Source: Ophelia neglecta (lineage: Eukaryota). From it: a DNA stretch of 64,000 nucleotides. The stretch is taken from assembly GCA_965285935.1 (NCBI GenBank), contig OZ260666.1:45756001-45820000 (forward strand), read 5' to 3'. Below are positions 27,609 to 41,154 of the stretch, in pieces (the first letter of the stretch is position 1; each line of letters begins with the position of its first letter). The position numbers and the translations under genes were made by a program. Under the pieces are notes generated by a model. That model searched no databases, had not been told where the DNA came from, and saw nothing but the letters and a program-made list of their open reading frames with translations.

Positions 27609-29463
27609 TATTTGGATAATAGTGCTGCCTTTGAGTCTAAACTTAACATCCTAGGATATAAGCCTACATGGACAAAATGTGCACAATGAACCACGGAACA
27701 AAAAAAACTGGACAATGCACACGAAAATGTGAAAGAGACTATATTGGAAAGGTCTATAGTTATACCCCTCAGATAGTATATGGGTGTCTCGTCTATATGT
27801 TCCCCTTCCACGAACACGGAAGCGTTGCATGTTAAGGGTTACTTCCGCCCACCTTACACCGATTACATTATTTTTCCTTGTCAGCCACACTCTTTTAATA
27901 TATTTACAGAGGCCAGCTTCTTAACAATGTGCAAGCAGGCAATTCATTGATCGCCATAGAAAAACATGGCAAATCTCATTCTTAGTTCCCAAAATTGAGT
28001 AATCTTTTCCTCCAGCTGTTGAATAATTACGTTATTACACTGATGGTACCATTGTATAAAGTTTGCATTTGACCAATATGAGAATTAGCATGCCCTTCAA
28101 ACGTTTTGCTGGTGTACGGAATGATTCGTTATCTGCACACAGCAGCTGGGAGTACTCCATAATAAAAACAACCGCATCCAAAACAGGAAATGACATGTCA
28201 AATAAATTTAGTTCGAAAAATGATCTCGTCCACCAGCGACTATCTTAGCCGCAATATTTCCTGTGGTAAGAGTGAATGAGGATGTTTGACGAGGAAATCA
28301 ATAGAAAAAAACCCACCTCGCTGACGATTTGATTAGCCTGGTGGATATATTCTGTCGATCACTAGCGATCCAAGAGAAGCAGACGATAAAAACATTGAAA
28401 ATAAGCTCAAAACAGCTTAGGCCGGAGGGTACTAGACTCAATGAGTTGCCTTTTTATTAATAGGAGATGTCTGATGTTTAACATGCGATGATGAATTCAA
28501 CCGATATAACATAAAGTACCTTCGGCACGAAACATTTATAGTGATTTCTCGGACATTGATATATTTCGCCCTACGATTTATTAGACAAATAGCTAAACCA
28601 ACCTCAGGGAAAGGGTTTTTTAAATTTTTAAATGTTCGTGGATCAGAATTAAAGATTAGTTGTCGTGGCTCTAGGGATTATTCCCTCCTTATAGCGGTTT
28701 TGTTTATCAGGAAATGGCTCCGAGCGATAATAAGCATATTTGCCAGTTATCAATCTTGTGGTTTTGTAACTGTTCAATGATACATATTACAACGAAGTGG
28801 CGCCCAAGCCTTGTACTTCAGGATTCCGCCGTCCAAGGAGACCCTGAGAGGTGATGGGAAGATAGATTGTGGCAAACTTTGACAGCGTCTTTTCGTATGG
28901 AGAGACTGAGCCAGCCTATCAAATTAAAAGGAAGAATTTTTTAGCTCCTAATGGCTTTTCTACGCAGAGAAAACCTTTTAGTCGCCAACCAGTTGAGAGA
29001 AAATAAATCTTTGAGAGAGTAAAAAGATACGACCCCAGCTCAGAAATGAGCGGAACATTGCACTATAGCGCTTGCCTCACAATATATTGGCTAGTCTTCC
29101 TTTAATGTACGTCAGCTTGAGCTTGTTAGGATAATTATATATATGCCTATAACAGGGCTATAATAGGACTATCTGATAGGATACTGGGACCAATCAAACT
29201 GAGGCTCTGTATAAGTTCGTTATTTGTGGCAATCGAAAACAAAATAGAAAAAAATTATGGTTAAGCGAAACTGGTTTCAAAAACAGAGACCATGAGGTTA
29301 CATCTTGTGCACAGGGACGCAGTTTCAAAAGTCGACAGAGAGCTTCACCGACAGGCCTTGAATAAATTCCGGCTGCCAACCAGCATCTTAGCATATTTGC
29401 ATGCTTGTTTCACACCTACAAATTAGTTGCAATGTGGTCAATAAATAATATATTTAACATATA

Positions 29464-29641
29464 CAGTGAAACCTGTGAATTAAGTCCACCCAAGGGACTG
29501 GAAAATACTGGTCTGATTTCAGAGGTGGTCGGTTTAGACAGGTTATTAAACATTGAAAGTATACATCACGGTCCTCATATTAGTGGTCTGAATTGGAAGG
29601 TGGTCTGATTATAGAGGTGGTCTTTAAGGCAGGTTTCACTG
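29464..29641 (+). mobile_element. pogo/Tigger-like MITE, copy 2 (178 bp)
   Basis: Same TIRs and TA TSD as copy 1, and collinear with it. Confidence 0.92.
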
Positions 29642-32454
29642 TACTGTATTCTGCGTGTCGCGTTGGAAAATTACTGCTTATAGGCCTATCTGAAAGTTTT
29701 CTGCCATTTTGTTCAGGACTCCTAAGAATTGCGAGCTTCACCGCGCAAAAAAAATGCCATTGCTATAATTTAAGCCTGCTGGATAAAAATATTTCACCAA
29801 AGCCAGTTTTTATCCAAAAATACGTGTGAAGGTCGACACGACTAACATTTCAATGCCATTTTAATTGTCTGCCCTCCACTCCCTTCAAGGTTACCGGGGT
29901 GTTCAGAAGGCAATCTAGCAGACGGCGGCTGCTACTTTTCGCTTGAGTTGAGGCGAATATAGTGCGAATCATGTCGACATCCGGGTCGGCGAGGTTTGAA
30001 GAGGCGGGACTAATCAGTGGTTCCTTTCTGCAGCCGACTGAAAAGCGACTTGATCCAACATATATTTGCTGATTGGAAGCTGTCAGACGAGAGACCTAAC
30101 TAGCGTTCAGTAGATAGATCAATTAATGAGGTTTAAAACTCGGGCTACGCAGTAGGCCTTAGGTGAGAGATGTAACAAAACAGAAGCTTAACATTTGAAA
30201 GAAGAAAAAACAGCATAATATGCTAATGAGGCCAGTGAATGTAATATGAATCATTGAAAAACTTGGCTTCATCCATCGTTTTCAATAATGCCTCGATCAC
30301 AATTCAGCTTTAAAGATAGTGAAGAATAAGGTTTTATTTGCCGTTGGCAATTATTCATTTTTCTACTGATCAGTTTCGATCTATACACACAATAAAGTTC
30401 ATTGCTCTCCGACTCAGACTCTCCAACAAAAGTGAAGTAAGACGCACACACGCTCAATTTGAGAAAAATTTGTATTATAGGACCATCTTTAAATGTATAC
30501 CAGTACAATAATATCAAATATATTTGTCTTGTCTGAACCTAAAAAAATGTCCGCGGGATAGAGTCAAACTTTTATAGAAAATAAATTGTGCATGGGGATC
30601 CACGATTAGGTTAGTTTTCGAGTGTTTCAATGATTTATCAGTCTTCCATTGTTGCCAATCCCAGTACCATGGCGGACAAATAAATTCTCTCTTATCAGCG
30701 CTCATCCTATTTCTACGATTATAAAACATACTTTCTATTTTTTATATGTTTAAGCGTGGTCACTACCAGTCTATAAGCAGTGCCTATACATGTGGAAAAC
30801 TAACTGGTAGCCGACCAAAACGCATTTGTTTTGTTTTAAAGGGTGCATTACATTCGTGGTAGTGAGTGGACTGCTGAAAAACAGACCCTTTATTCGTATA
30901 CAATGGCACTTAAAGACAAACTAACGGTACTAGTCTTACTGTTCAATGAAACGCTCGAAACTTACCTCAAAATCAAATTATCGGGCTGTATTCCGGCCGC
31001 TTATGACCGGAAACTACTTGTTAATACCAGGGCTTAGCCACAGCGGGCCGGATTATCATCAATAAAAACGTGAAGATATTTAAAGTCAGAGGAATGAACT
31101 GAAAGGTTAAGCATTTATGTTACTTATTACAACCTGCTTATCACATTCCTTTGAACACTGTTTGGTAAACAATTCAAATGTATATATAATTCATACTATT
31201 TCAATTTAGACCAATCAAAGCGCAGCACCACGGGAGCAAGAGACCTTTGGTAATGGTTATATTCGCTGCCGGTTGCCGAATTAAATGGATCTGACGAACA
31301 TATAATAATGATGTACTGTATAAATGATAATTCGAAAGCAAAGATAAATATATTGTTGCTTATTTCATGCATAAATACATCATGCCCGGGAACCGATAAA
31401 TCGTTTTTTATCGTTCTCCGCCTATTTTGAGAAGCGATTTGAAGACAAATGCATTGGGTACCTGGCACCTTAAAGTGCTTTACATGGCTGTCATGACGCC
31501 AACATGAGAACATTATTTTCTACCACCGAGTTTGTAAAGACCGCCTTTGCTCTGAGGAACTCTTCAGTTTGCATTGGTGCTGCACTGTAGGACACTATAG
31601 TACCGGGGTGTGACGTAAGCAGGATAGAGCTATTCACTGTCCTGACGCAATGCAGCGCCAACAGGCAGCGCCGAATAGATCTACAGGGTGCATGAAAAAC
31701 TAATAGAGAATATTTTGGTATTCCATTGTCACCCATTGAGGTATGCACATATTGGCCTGTAGACAACGCCCCCAGCAGTTGTCTATTCAATTAAACAAAT
31801 ACACTATCTGTTTGCCTACCCTTCGAAATAAACAGAACGACTGAGAATTATATTGATAACACAGGTTCAAACTCGTGGCAAAACAAACATTTAAGCAACC
31901 TGGAGCAATAATTGTGAATAGTTCCTGAATAATTCAAATACACGGGGCTTTATTGTACGGTAATCTTGTCATGACATTTCAAATATACCTTACAAAGAAA
32001 AGACTAATCATTGGAAAACAATAAGAATGCAATAAACATATCACATCATTTTTCACAAGTCATTATATCGATTGGTTGACGCAGAGACATTAATTCAACC
32101 AATAATAAGCGAGGACAAATACAGTAGGAAAAAATGTGGTCTCTAACGGAAGAACGGCTATAAAGATAAAATTGAGCCAAAATAAATTCTGGTATAATTA
32201 TAATGCTCCCGCAATAGGTGGTCATTACAAGGAACAACCCTATAAAGATCAACCGACAGCTACGAACTACCCAGACGCTCATTTGCCGAGCAGTCAAATA
32301 AAGAATGACAGTTAATAAAATGAGGGAACCATAACAGATGAACTACATGTACCAACACTTGGAATCATCACTAAATCACTACTCTATAGATGTTGTCTTG
32401 TAAGGTTTTCCACTGTTTGTCATAAAGATCATTGATACGCTCGAAAACGACAAT

Positions 32455-32525
32455 TCGCCAGGCGCATGCTCCATATTCGAGTTTTCGAGCTGAAGTCCCG
32501 CGCACGCACGCGCGCCCGGAAGCTA
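32455..32525. promoter_or_regulatory. NRF1-like and ETS motif cluster
   Basis: GGCGCATGC and CGCGCACGCACGCGCGCCCGGAAG sit in an otherwise AT-rich context. Confidence 0.3.
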
Positions 32526-32900
32526 ATTGTTGACACCAAAGCTTAACCAATGTAAACAGGCAACTGTTATTTTAGTTACCTTCGCACATACTCGTAAAAA
32601 GTTATTTATATTTATTATAAATAATTAAAAATTAAATATATCCGAGTGAATTGATAACTAGGAATATCCAGTCGGTACACTCGCTTTCAGCCCTGCCCTC
32701 AATCTGAACCATCACATACCTACAAAGGAAAATCACTATAGCAACACGTCCATATCTCCACCCTACCCCGTCATTAACAGTTTAAATCTAAATGGGCATA
32801 TTAAAAATGTTGTCTCCAATTGAGTATGTGCACATCTTACTGCCCACGTGTTGGCTCTGGCAAAGAACTTTGTTGTGAGTAGAAAGAAGAATACCGACGA

Positions 32901-32946
32901 CCCACCCCACCACCACCACCACCACCACCATCCCCCACCACCACCC
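32901..32946. repeat. (CCA)n microsatellite
   Basis: Imperfect CCA run; it produces the poly-W/G ORF at 32763-32948. Confidence 0.9.
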
Positions 32947-33300
32947 AAATGATTGCTGATTTGGCTATATAGTAGGACTTTCCACTGTAGATCATTTATA
33001 GCCAGTGTCGAGATATGTAGTTATGTTACCAAAGATAAATCTGTGTAATTCTGAGATATGATTCTAGGATAAATGTTTCACAATTTCGACATCTCTCAAT
33101 GAGGAACTTTATTGAACAAAGATGAAGTTATGCAATCAAGGATTGCTTTTTTATTAGAAAAAACTACATGTATTTAGCTTATTAAACATAGCAGACACTT
33201 ATTTCGTTTATTGGAATTTCGGATCGAAAATGGGCATGAACTGATTTCATCGGTACGATAATCATGCTTTCCTTTCACTTCCGGTAAGTGTGTAAATAGG

Positions 33301-33380
33301 TCGACCGGCGAGGAGAGAGTTGAAAAAGCGAGGGGCGATATGAAAAGTCGAGGGGCGATTTAAAAATACGAGGGCAAGTA
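33301..33380. repeat. 20-bp tandem repeat, 3-4 copies (TGAAAAAGCGAGGGGCGATA)
   Basis: Units start at 33321, 33341 and 33361, with a degenerate unit at 33301. Confidence 0.75.
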
Positions 33381-34017
33381 AAATAAAGTAAATTCATAAA
33401 ATGCAGGAAGAAAAATGATCTACCACGTTGAAAAAGCATGTTTTCAATTAGTCTCAGACATGTTATTATATAATCATATGAAGTCCATTGGGATATACTT
33501 GCAACGAACGGGAGATTCCCGACCTTGGTGAATCATACCAAGGTCATACCTCGGGATATCATGATAACAACACTGGCAAAACAACAAATTTATAAATTCA
33601 TAACTATAATGTTGCTAGCCATATACCTTGTTTAGCCTACTTGTCTGGGTTTATAAGCCAGAAGCGTACAAAAGCGTAAATAGCTGCTTGCGATCTTGAA
33701 TTGGTTTGGTAAGAGAGAAGCCAACCTAAGATTTTAAAGAACAACCTGGCCTCGGTGTATCATCGGAGTAGGCTACCCAATATCTAACGGCCGAATAAAA
33801 ACCCCCAAAATGGCGGGGCCAATAACCCAGAAAAGGAGCCTTCGGCCGAAGTCTAGACGCGCACTGACAGTGATTGCCGCCACTATATTGCTTATGTTGC
33901 GTGGTCTGGTCTATGTAATCAGCCGTTATTGTATCATATATCACTGTTAGTACCTGGATCAAACTCAAACAATCGCCATATAAATCTTACGTTACCCTCG
34001 ACCCAACGTTGCAACTT

Positions 34018-34587
34018 TATATAAAAGTTTGTTATGAGGTCGAGCTAAGAGCTTCTTGCTATCTTTACTGCATTTTAATAAAGAGAGGTGCAGCGAGCAG
34101 GTAAAATCAGTACGAGCCCCGGCTTGAGTAACAGAGTCTTGTGGTCAATGGTCTATCTAGGTTAGAGACGGTTGCGCCTCACGTGTTGGCATATCGGGTA
34201 TATCAATCGGGTGTTAATAGACCATCAAGCTCAAGTCTATCGCACTCTTTCATCACTACGACGAACCCCAAAAACCGGCGGTGACAGACGATGTGAAACC
34301 GATATCCGCAGGTGTGCGGCCGGGCCGTTATATGTACAGCCGTGGAACCTAGAAGAACAAGGTTATCAGATGAAAGCTTCTCAGATATCAGGAAATGAGA
34401 AAGAAGAGTCAGACAAACTGCCCCGAGACAAGAAAAGGACTTCATTTGCAAGCATAACCATATTTTCATATAATCGACATCACCTGTGACCAGCATCTCC
34501 TACAAGCCAGACTTCACGAACTTAGGGACGATAAACCAGCGTCCAATTGTAAAACTAGAGCTGACTACTGACTGCTGCAACAGTAAG
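34018..34587 (+). promoter_or_regulatory. TATA box followed by a candidate non-coding first exon
   Basis: TATATAAAAG at 34018-34027, then CpG-rich sequence ending in overlapping donors CA|GTAAGG (34583) and AAG|GTGAGA (34588). Confidence 0.3.
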
Positions 34588-35828
34588 GTGAGATTAATTC
34601 AGACGTCTGGTAAATACATACGAGCAACTGCAGCTGCTATTGAAGGAAAAAGACGATGACCGGATATGTGTTCTCGGTTCTCACTCTTCCGCTGTAACCA
34701 CGCATTAATGGGTGCATCCAAGTCTCTACCAGGTCAAAGTTCTTGAACCAATAAGCCACCATATGTTATCTTACTAGAAGATTAGGGTATTCCTACTTTC
34801 GACCGTATATTTACATTGGACGGACATTTCTTTCTGGATATTGTCGCTCTAGAAAAACAAACAATGACTCATTATTTGTCTTTCTCAAGAGATGTCAACA
34901 TTTAAACAGACGCTGCGAGATATAAAATCGACCAATTTCAAGAATTGGTGTTTGTTTATCTTTAGCCGTCAGGCTTGGCTGTATGGTTCTTTGAGAGTCG
35001 CTGTTTTAAAACTCATATTAGACAAACAAAGAAAGTTTATGAAATAAGCTCCTAAAGACGTGGACTGAACGAAGAATATATAAACGTCGGACTTTTTTTG
35101 CGCCTTTTTCAAACAGATATGATTTCTACAAACTTGTCATGAACACAATGTGGGAACGGGTGTACAGTTGCCTACTGTGCTATTACATACAGTAAGGCAA
35201 ATGAATGTTGAGCAATTACCCATCAATAACCCAGACACATGATTGAAGACTACCCGTACCGTAATTGTTTTCAATGATTAACCAGTTATTTTTCTTTATT
35301 GCCCTAACACTTTAAGCTCCCATACTGTGTTACACGTACCATCTATCTGCCATGAAGAGATCTGAGATCGCACCTCACCTGGCATTCACCAGTGACAACT
35401 ATAAGTCAAGGTAAGACAGGCAAAACCTGTGGCCATTCCCTGAAAGGCTACATGACTTTGTCTGTCCAATTGTGAATTGATTTACGAAGCAGCAGGAGAC
35501 ACGGTAGTGGCTTACCAGAGGAAGAGGCGAACAGCAAATAAATTGGTGTGTGTCACAAGTATGAAGGGGATTTGTCGGCATAAAATTGTTACTAACCAAC
35601 TTAAAAGAGCCTACGAATAGCAATTAAGATTTTCTTCTTTATGTGAATAAAGTGAATCTCGAAATTTAAAAAAAATAATAAGTTAGATATAAAGCATGCT
35701 CTACTTTTAAGGGAACCATTGTGAGAATCAGGATATTACTTATTGATCTTAATCTTAATTGATCTGCAGCAAACTGGACAGTGGGAATGTTAATAAGTAA
35801 CATGCTCTGCTTATTATGGTCAATATAA

Positions 35829-36692
35829 GGCTGACTTGTACTCGGGTCATTATGAGAATGACCAATAATGACAAATATGAAAGTCTTATATTATTCTAAA
35901 AGAAAATGATAATTTTTTTTTCTTCTGTCTAATAATATGTAATAATTAACAATAGTATTGTACTAACTAACAATAACTCATTCTAACCTACACTAAGATC
36001 CAATAATCCATAATAAATCACGATAACCCATTATAACCCACAATAAATTACGATAAACCATAATAATCTGCGATAGACCATTATTAACCGCTATAACACC
36101 CACGAAAACCTACCAAAAACTACGATAATCCATAATAAACCACGATAACTTACAATAACCTATAGTAGACCATGATAATCTGCAATAATTCAAAATAAAC
36201 CACAATATAACTCAATAAACCACGATATTATTATTATTATGCATTAACTCACATTTCCCCGTAATAAATCACATTAAGAATACACCTGCACAAGAACGTA
36301 CAATAGCATAAAATAGTCACAATATTTCACGATAAACAACTATAACTCTCGATAAACCATGATAACTCACAATAAACTATGATAACTCACAATAATTCAC
36401 GATAACCTACGATAATTCACAATAACCCACAAGAACGTGCGAAAAAAACACTATAAATCATAATAATGCATAATTATCAAAACAATTATTCACAAGAGGT
36501 CACAATTATAAACAACAACTCCCAATGATACACAATAACTCGCACGAATCCACTTTGACCCACAAATTCTTGCAATATATCATAAGCTTAGGGTCAAATA
36601 ATAATACCCGATATTATGTGATAACAAGGCATTTCCTACATTTAATCTCAACAGCAAATAATATTTGATTATGATCTGAGTATTAGTCAGCC
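35829..36692. mobile_element. PIF/Harbinger-type (Tourist-like) non-autonomous element with an internal decamer array
   Basis: TAA on both sides (35826-35828 and 36693-36695). The imperfect ~27-bp TIRs GGCTGACTTGTACTCGGGTCATTATGA / TGATTATGATCTGAGTATTAGTCAGCC have 6 mismatches and the outer 8 bp are perfect. GGC termini with a TAA TSD are typical of PIF/Harbinger. Confidence 0.75.
35995..36560. repeat. Degenerate 10-bp minisatellite (CRATAAHCCA-like)
   Basis: Clear 10-bp periodicity, e.g. caataatcca taataaatca cgataaccca ttataaccca caataaatta cgataaacca. Confidence 0.9.
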
Positions 36693-38838
36693 TAATTTAC
36701 GGACTCTGATATCGAGCGCATCCCGCGCAGCTGCTGCCTAGAGTAGGTAGGCTCTGCGCATAACAGGCGTGCAAATAAATTGGGAGGGATGGAATGGAAT
36801 GATACTGGGGTGTGTACGTCGCATACCCTTGCTTCTTTTCTTCCATCTGTATAATATACAGGGTCATTCTGGTCCCTGAACATAAACGTATCAAGGCATT
36901 AAACATCGTGACCTCCACCAGCGAACCGCACTTGAACATTGCATAGTAGCTCAGAGTATTCTTAAGGCTCAAGCAAAGGGTGAGGCTTTGGCCCGGGAAA
37001 ATGTCTAGTGATCTGGGATATATATAAGCCATGTAATGATACCTACATGATAGTTTCCTCACATAGCGAGAAAGGAAAAAAAACTCACTATTTATAGGCC
37101 TGCCCACGCCGTTTATGTGGACTTTGAAGGCAATTTACAGATATTGGGCTACTCCGCCCACTATACGCCGTTTACGGGCAACAAAAATCCTATTATACAT
37201 ACTATTTATACACCATGAAGTCTCAAACGAGGCTCTTACGTGACTGTGTAGTAGTAAGCACCATTGATATCCGAGGGAACCTCACTTGCTTCAACTGATA
37301 CTGACAAAGTATCGCTGCAAATGGAAAGGCCATTTTCTGAAATTCAGCAGACGCACGTTCTCATTGCCTCCTGTATTAACAGAGCTCTAGCCCTCCCCAG
37401 CAGGTATATGGTGCCTTGAAAGTCGGCGACTACCTATGAGAAATTGCTCTTGCATTATAAGGCGCGACTTGTAACCGGTTGAGATTCCTCAAGAGTAAAG
37501 TCAGGATAAGTCCCAGAGGAGACAATGTTTCTGTGCCAAGTTAAACAAAGAGCTGCTGATTCGCTGATTTGATTGTTAATTAATAGCATTGTCACTTACT
37601 TAAGGATAATTGGCACTTTGTGACACACAGACCTTGGCTGTCTATCGCCAATGGTGGGAACTTAGACAAGAGAGTGGCGGTAATTTCTTAAATGTTTATT
37701 CTGAGCACGACATTGGCCTTTCAAACTATGCGAAAACTGTGAAGCAACATATAACTTACCACCAATGACTGCAGCTGGCAAAATAAACACATTCTTTGTT
37801 TGGAATACTTACAACTCATATCATAAAGTAAAGAAACTCATCTGTTCATACCAGATTAAAACGCTAAAAGAATCTGGCGATGATCAGTCACACCCTTAAT
37901 GGCTAAATAACGGTTCAATCAGCCTATCGGGGGTTTAACAACGGGAATGGGTACCCGACTGACAAAGCAAATACATCAATTAATAGTAGTGCAATACATC
38001 AGTCCGAAATCATCAGAGTCCGTCTGATGCAGGACCAGAAAACAACAATCCCCAGTTTCCTTATTGTAATGTATACAAGCTTGGAACGAAATAAGTAATG
38101 AAAAGAGAAGAAAACCAAAGTACACCGACTATCGAAATATGACTTCCCGATGAAAGACCTTATAGGCATATGCATCGACGGGTGATTACATTTCCGTGAG
38201 CTTACAATGTGCACTTTTCTAATAACATAGGTAAGGCTCTTGTTGCTACACAGTAAAGGGGCTATTCGCAAAATTACCGTCATGTGACAATAGTTGGAGA
38301 ACCCTAGTCTCTAGCGGAGACACCATATATCATCAGCATTAAAGAAAAATGCCCAATTTGCTATCCTGCCTAAATTTATCTGTTTGCATTTAAGAAAGAA
38401 CACGAGGTAGCAGGCCCTGTACAACCCGGATGTTCTGCAGACGAAGATGCCTGGCAATCCTCTCTTAGCCGCGCCAAGGTGAACAAGGTCACTGCTGTCC
38501 GCCAGCGTCCACTGTCTGACAGAAGCTAAGCTGGCGACTTGCGGCTGAACAAGAGAAGCTACTCTCTCAGGTGTATTCTCAGGTGTATTTAGTGTGTCTC
38601 GCTCTTGATCAAACCTTTCTTCTGCATAACGGTAATCAATATTCACCTGTCAAAGCCCGGCGCGGCGATCCTACTTTCCAATTGGCGAAAGTAACATGAT
38701 AGGTGTTTTAACCGGTCAGTGATTAAATGATCAGTACATTTGATATCCTGATTCCAACGTACACAATGGTAGCAAATAGGAGGCCAGCTAACTAGTCCAG
38801 CTTTGTAGAAAGTGTCAAATATTACCCCTCTTGGGTTT

Positions 38839-39111
38839 AAGGCCCTTCGCGGGGTCTCCAGGCACTTGGTGGGATCTACATGCCCTTGGACGAATCTCAA
38901 TGCCCTCGCTGGGGTCTCCAGGCCCTTGCCGGCTCTGTAGGCCCTTGCTAAGGTTTGAGGCCCTTGTCGGGGTCCCTAGGCACTCGCTTGTGTCACCAGG
39001 CCCATTGCGGGATCTCTAGGTTCTCGCTGGGGTCTGCAGGCCATTGGCGGCTTTTGTAGGCCCTCGCTTAGGTCCCCAGGCCTTTGGCAGCAATGGCAGG
39101 GTCCCTAGGCC
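38839..39111. repeat. Degenerate GC-rich 20-bp minisatellite (AGGCCCTTGCCGGGGTCTCT-like), about 13 units
   Basis: ggccctt/ggggtct motifs recur at ~20-bp spacing. Confidence 0.88.
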
Positions 39112-41141
39112 AGTATCGCGGATGACTTGACTGTTGCTAGTTTGATTAATCGAGCCCTTATTACATCTTAATAATATATACTTATACACCTTTGTCTGAC
39201 GTGATAATACTCTACATCAACAAATATTTCGCACGTAAACCAACTTTCATCCGAGTAAGAGAACCAGATAGGTATCAAACAACAGGACGCAGATAATGGG
39301 CCAGATGGTTACAATCACTGCTATGTTGAAGGCTTTTGACTGGCAGGGTTGTGCAGGAAACTTCTGTTCGCGTTGTGGCTGGTTATATTTGAGTAGGAAA
39401 GCTGTACGGCCGCCTTCTGGAGGATGTTCTAGATAACAGGAGAGGTACCAAGTTTTTGGGGGCCATGGTTTTTGTCTCTAAAAGGCAATTATATATGGTG
39501 CACAATGGTTCGATTTTTTGCCGTTCTCGTTGAAAGCCTTGATAGTAATGGTGGCAGTTGCGAGATAGTCATGCAGGACCCAGCCATTTTACTGCAGTGA
39601 TCGCCCGGATAATAGACGATTAGTACCATATATCTGCTGTTGGTGGTGGTAGAGGCACGGAGGCTGATCACAGACCCAGAAAAACCATAGCAATTGCCAA
39701 GACGTTGGGATTAATATTTAATGGTATGAGAGTCTGTGGAGATTTAACTGATCAAGTATTATCGCCGCTTGACCGGAGGTTTATCCTTGCCAAGGACATA
39801 TATTGCGGCTAGGCTGGACCAACAATACTTGCAGTATTTGATCGTCAGTAGAAGGCCACAGGCCAACGCTGATCGCCATGGGACAATTCCATTACGCCAG
39901 CCGGTCTAGAGATGAATGAGGCTGAGAGCTCCCTGTATAATAGTAAAACACACAAACAAGTCATATCAGTCGATCACGAGGTCTCCGGCTGGCACCAAGA
40001 CACCAGATCACGGTACTGTGCTTCTACCATCCCAGAAGAAATTGCCTGCGTGTGTTTTGCTCGGGGGCGGGGGGGGGGGGGGGTTAATTTCAGTAATTTT
40101 CAGTTGTTAAGAATGTTACGAGTTCAGTTCGAGCCGCAAATATGAAAGAATATGGATGGAGGGTGGAGTCGACTTTTGTAGGAAGAACAAAACGGATTGC
40201 ATGGTGTAAAACATTGAAAGATCAAATGACAAAGGGAAGGCCTCCTCCTTGTAAATGGGTTTATGGTGCAGCGTGCCCTTGGCCTAAGCCAGGCTACTCG
40301 TTATCGACTCGAGCAGACGGCTGAAGTAACTCCCGGAAGACGTGGGAGGCGTGGGTGAATATCTTAAAACAACAAAAAGAAGAGGCACTCATTGGTTATT
40401 TAAATTCCACTTTTAAAACAATAAAAAACATATTAGATTCACACATTTTGAACCCCTACGCATTAAAAGTGTATACGGTACCGGTGGCTCCCAGGAAACA
40501 TGATGGAGCGCCTGCTGTAGTTTTCCGTTATTAATATTTTTATTAGATGATAAGGGTCATGTATGGGCTCGGAAAGCTGATTTTATTGGGTTTTATTAGC
40601 TCCACCTGGGGACTATAGACTACGGTGTAAACTGAGTATTCAGGGTAGGCTATCCCGACTTCAAAGGCCGTGCTCAGAGGTACGATAGTTCGAAAGCGTT
40701 TGATCATATTGATGGGACGAATAAAGAAGTGAATACTCCGAATTAAATGAGATAAATCCAAGTGGTGTGGTAGCCTGCTGAATATCTAACTGTGGCTCGT
40801 ATAACGAGGTATTTGCCATAGCATCGAAAAAAACACCAGCCTCGGGCGGGCCGCAGCAGTCTAACCGGTTCTGTACACAGCCTTTTACATGACCATGAAT
40901 AGTTTGACAAAAATATATCCAAGGGCCAGGGTTCGTGCTGGTCTAACCTTGCGAACTGATAAGAACAGAAATTAGTTTGACGCGCTGACTACTCTCACTT
41001 TGACCATGAAAAGATGGAGCAGTAGAACAAAGTAGACCACGACCTATATAGAGTACTAAGGAATTTCGGCTTTTTTGTCGGAATCTGATTAAATTTAACT
41101 TACCACTTCAAACCTTTGGCTGTCTATTTAAATCGACGAGA

Positions 41142-41154
41142 GCGCGCGCGCGCG

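Noticed and set aside
30967-31098. Minus-strand segment between a tttcag acceptor and a GAG|GTAAGT donor
   Set aside because: All three frames contain stops and no partner exon is evident; it cannot be distinguished from chance splice-like sites.
38311-38646. 111-aa minus-strand ORF preceded by an AG
   Set aside because: No matching donor, no homology recognised and a GTG start.
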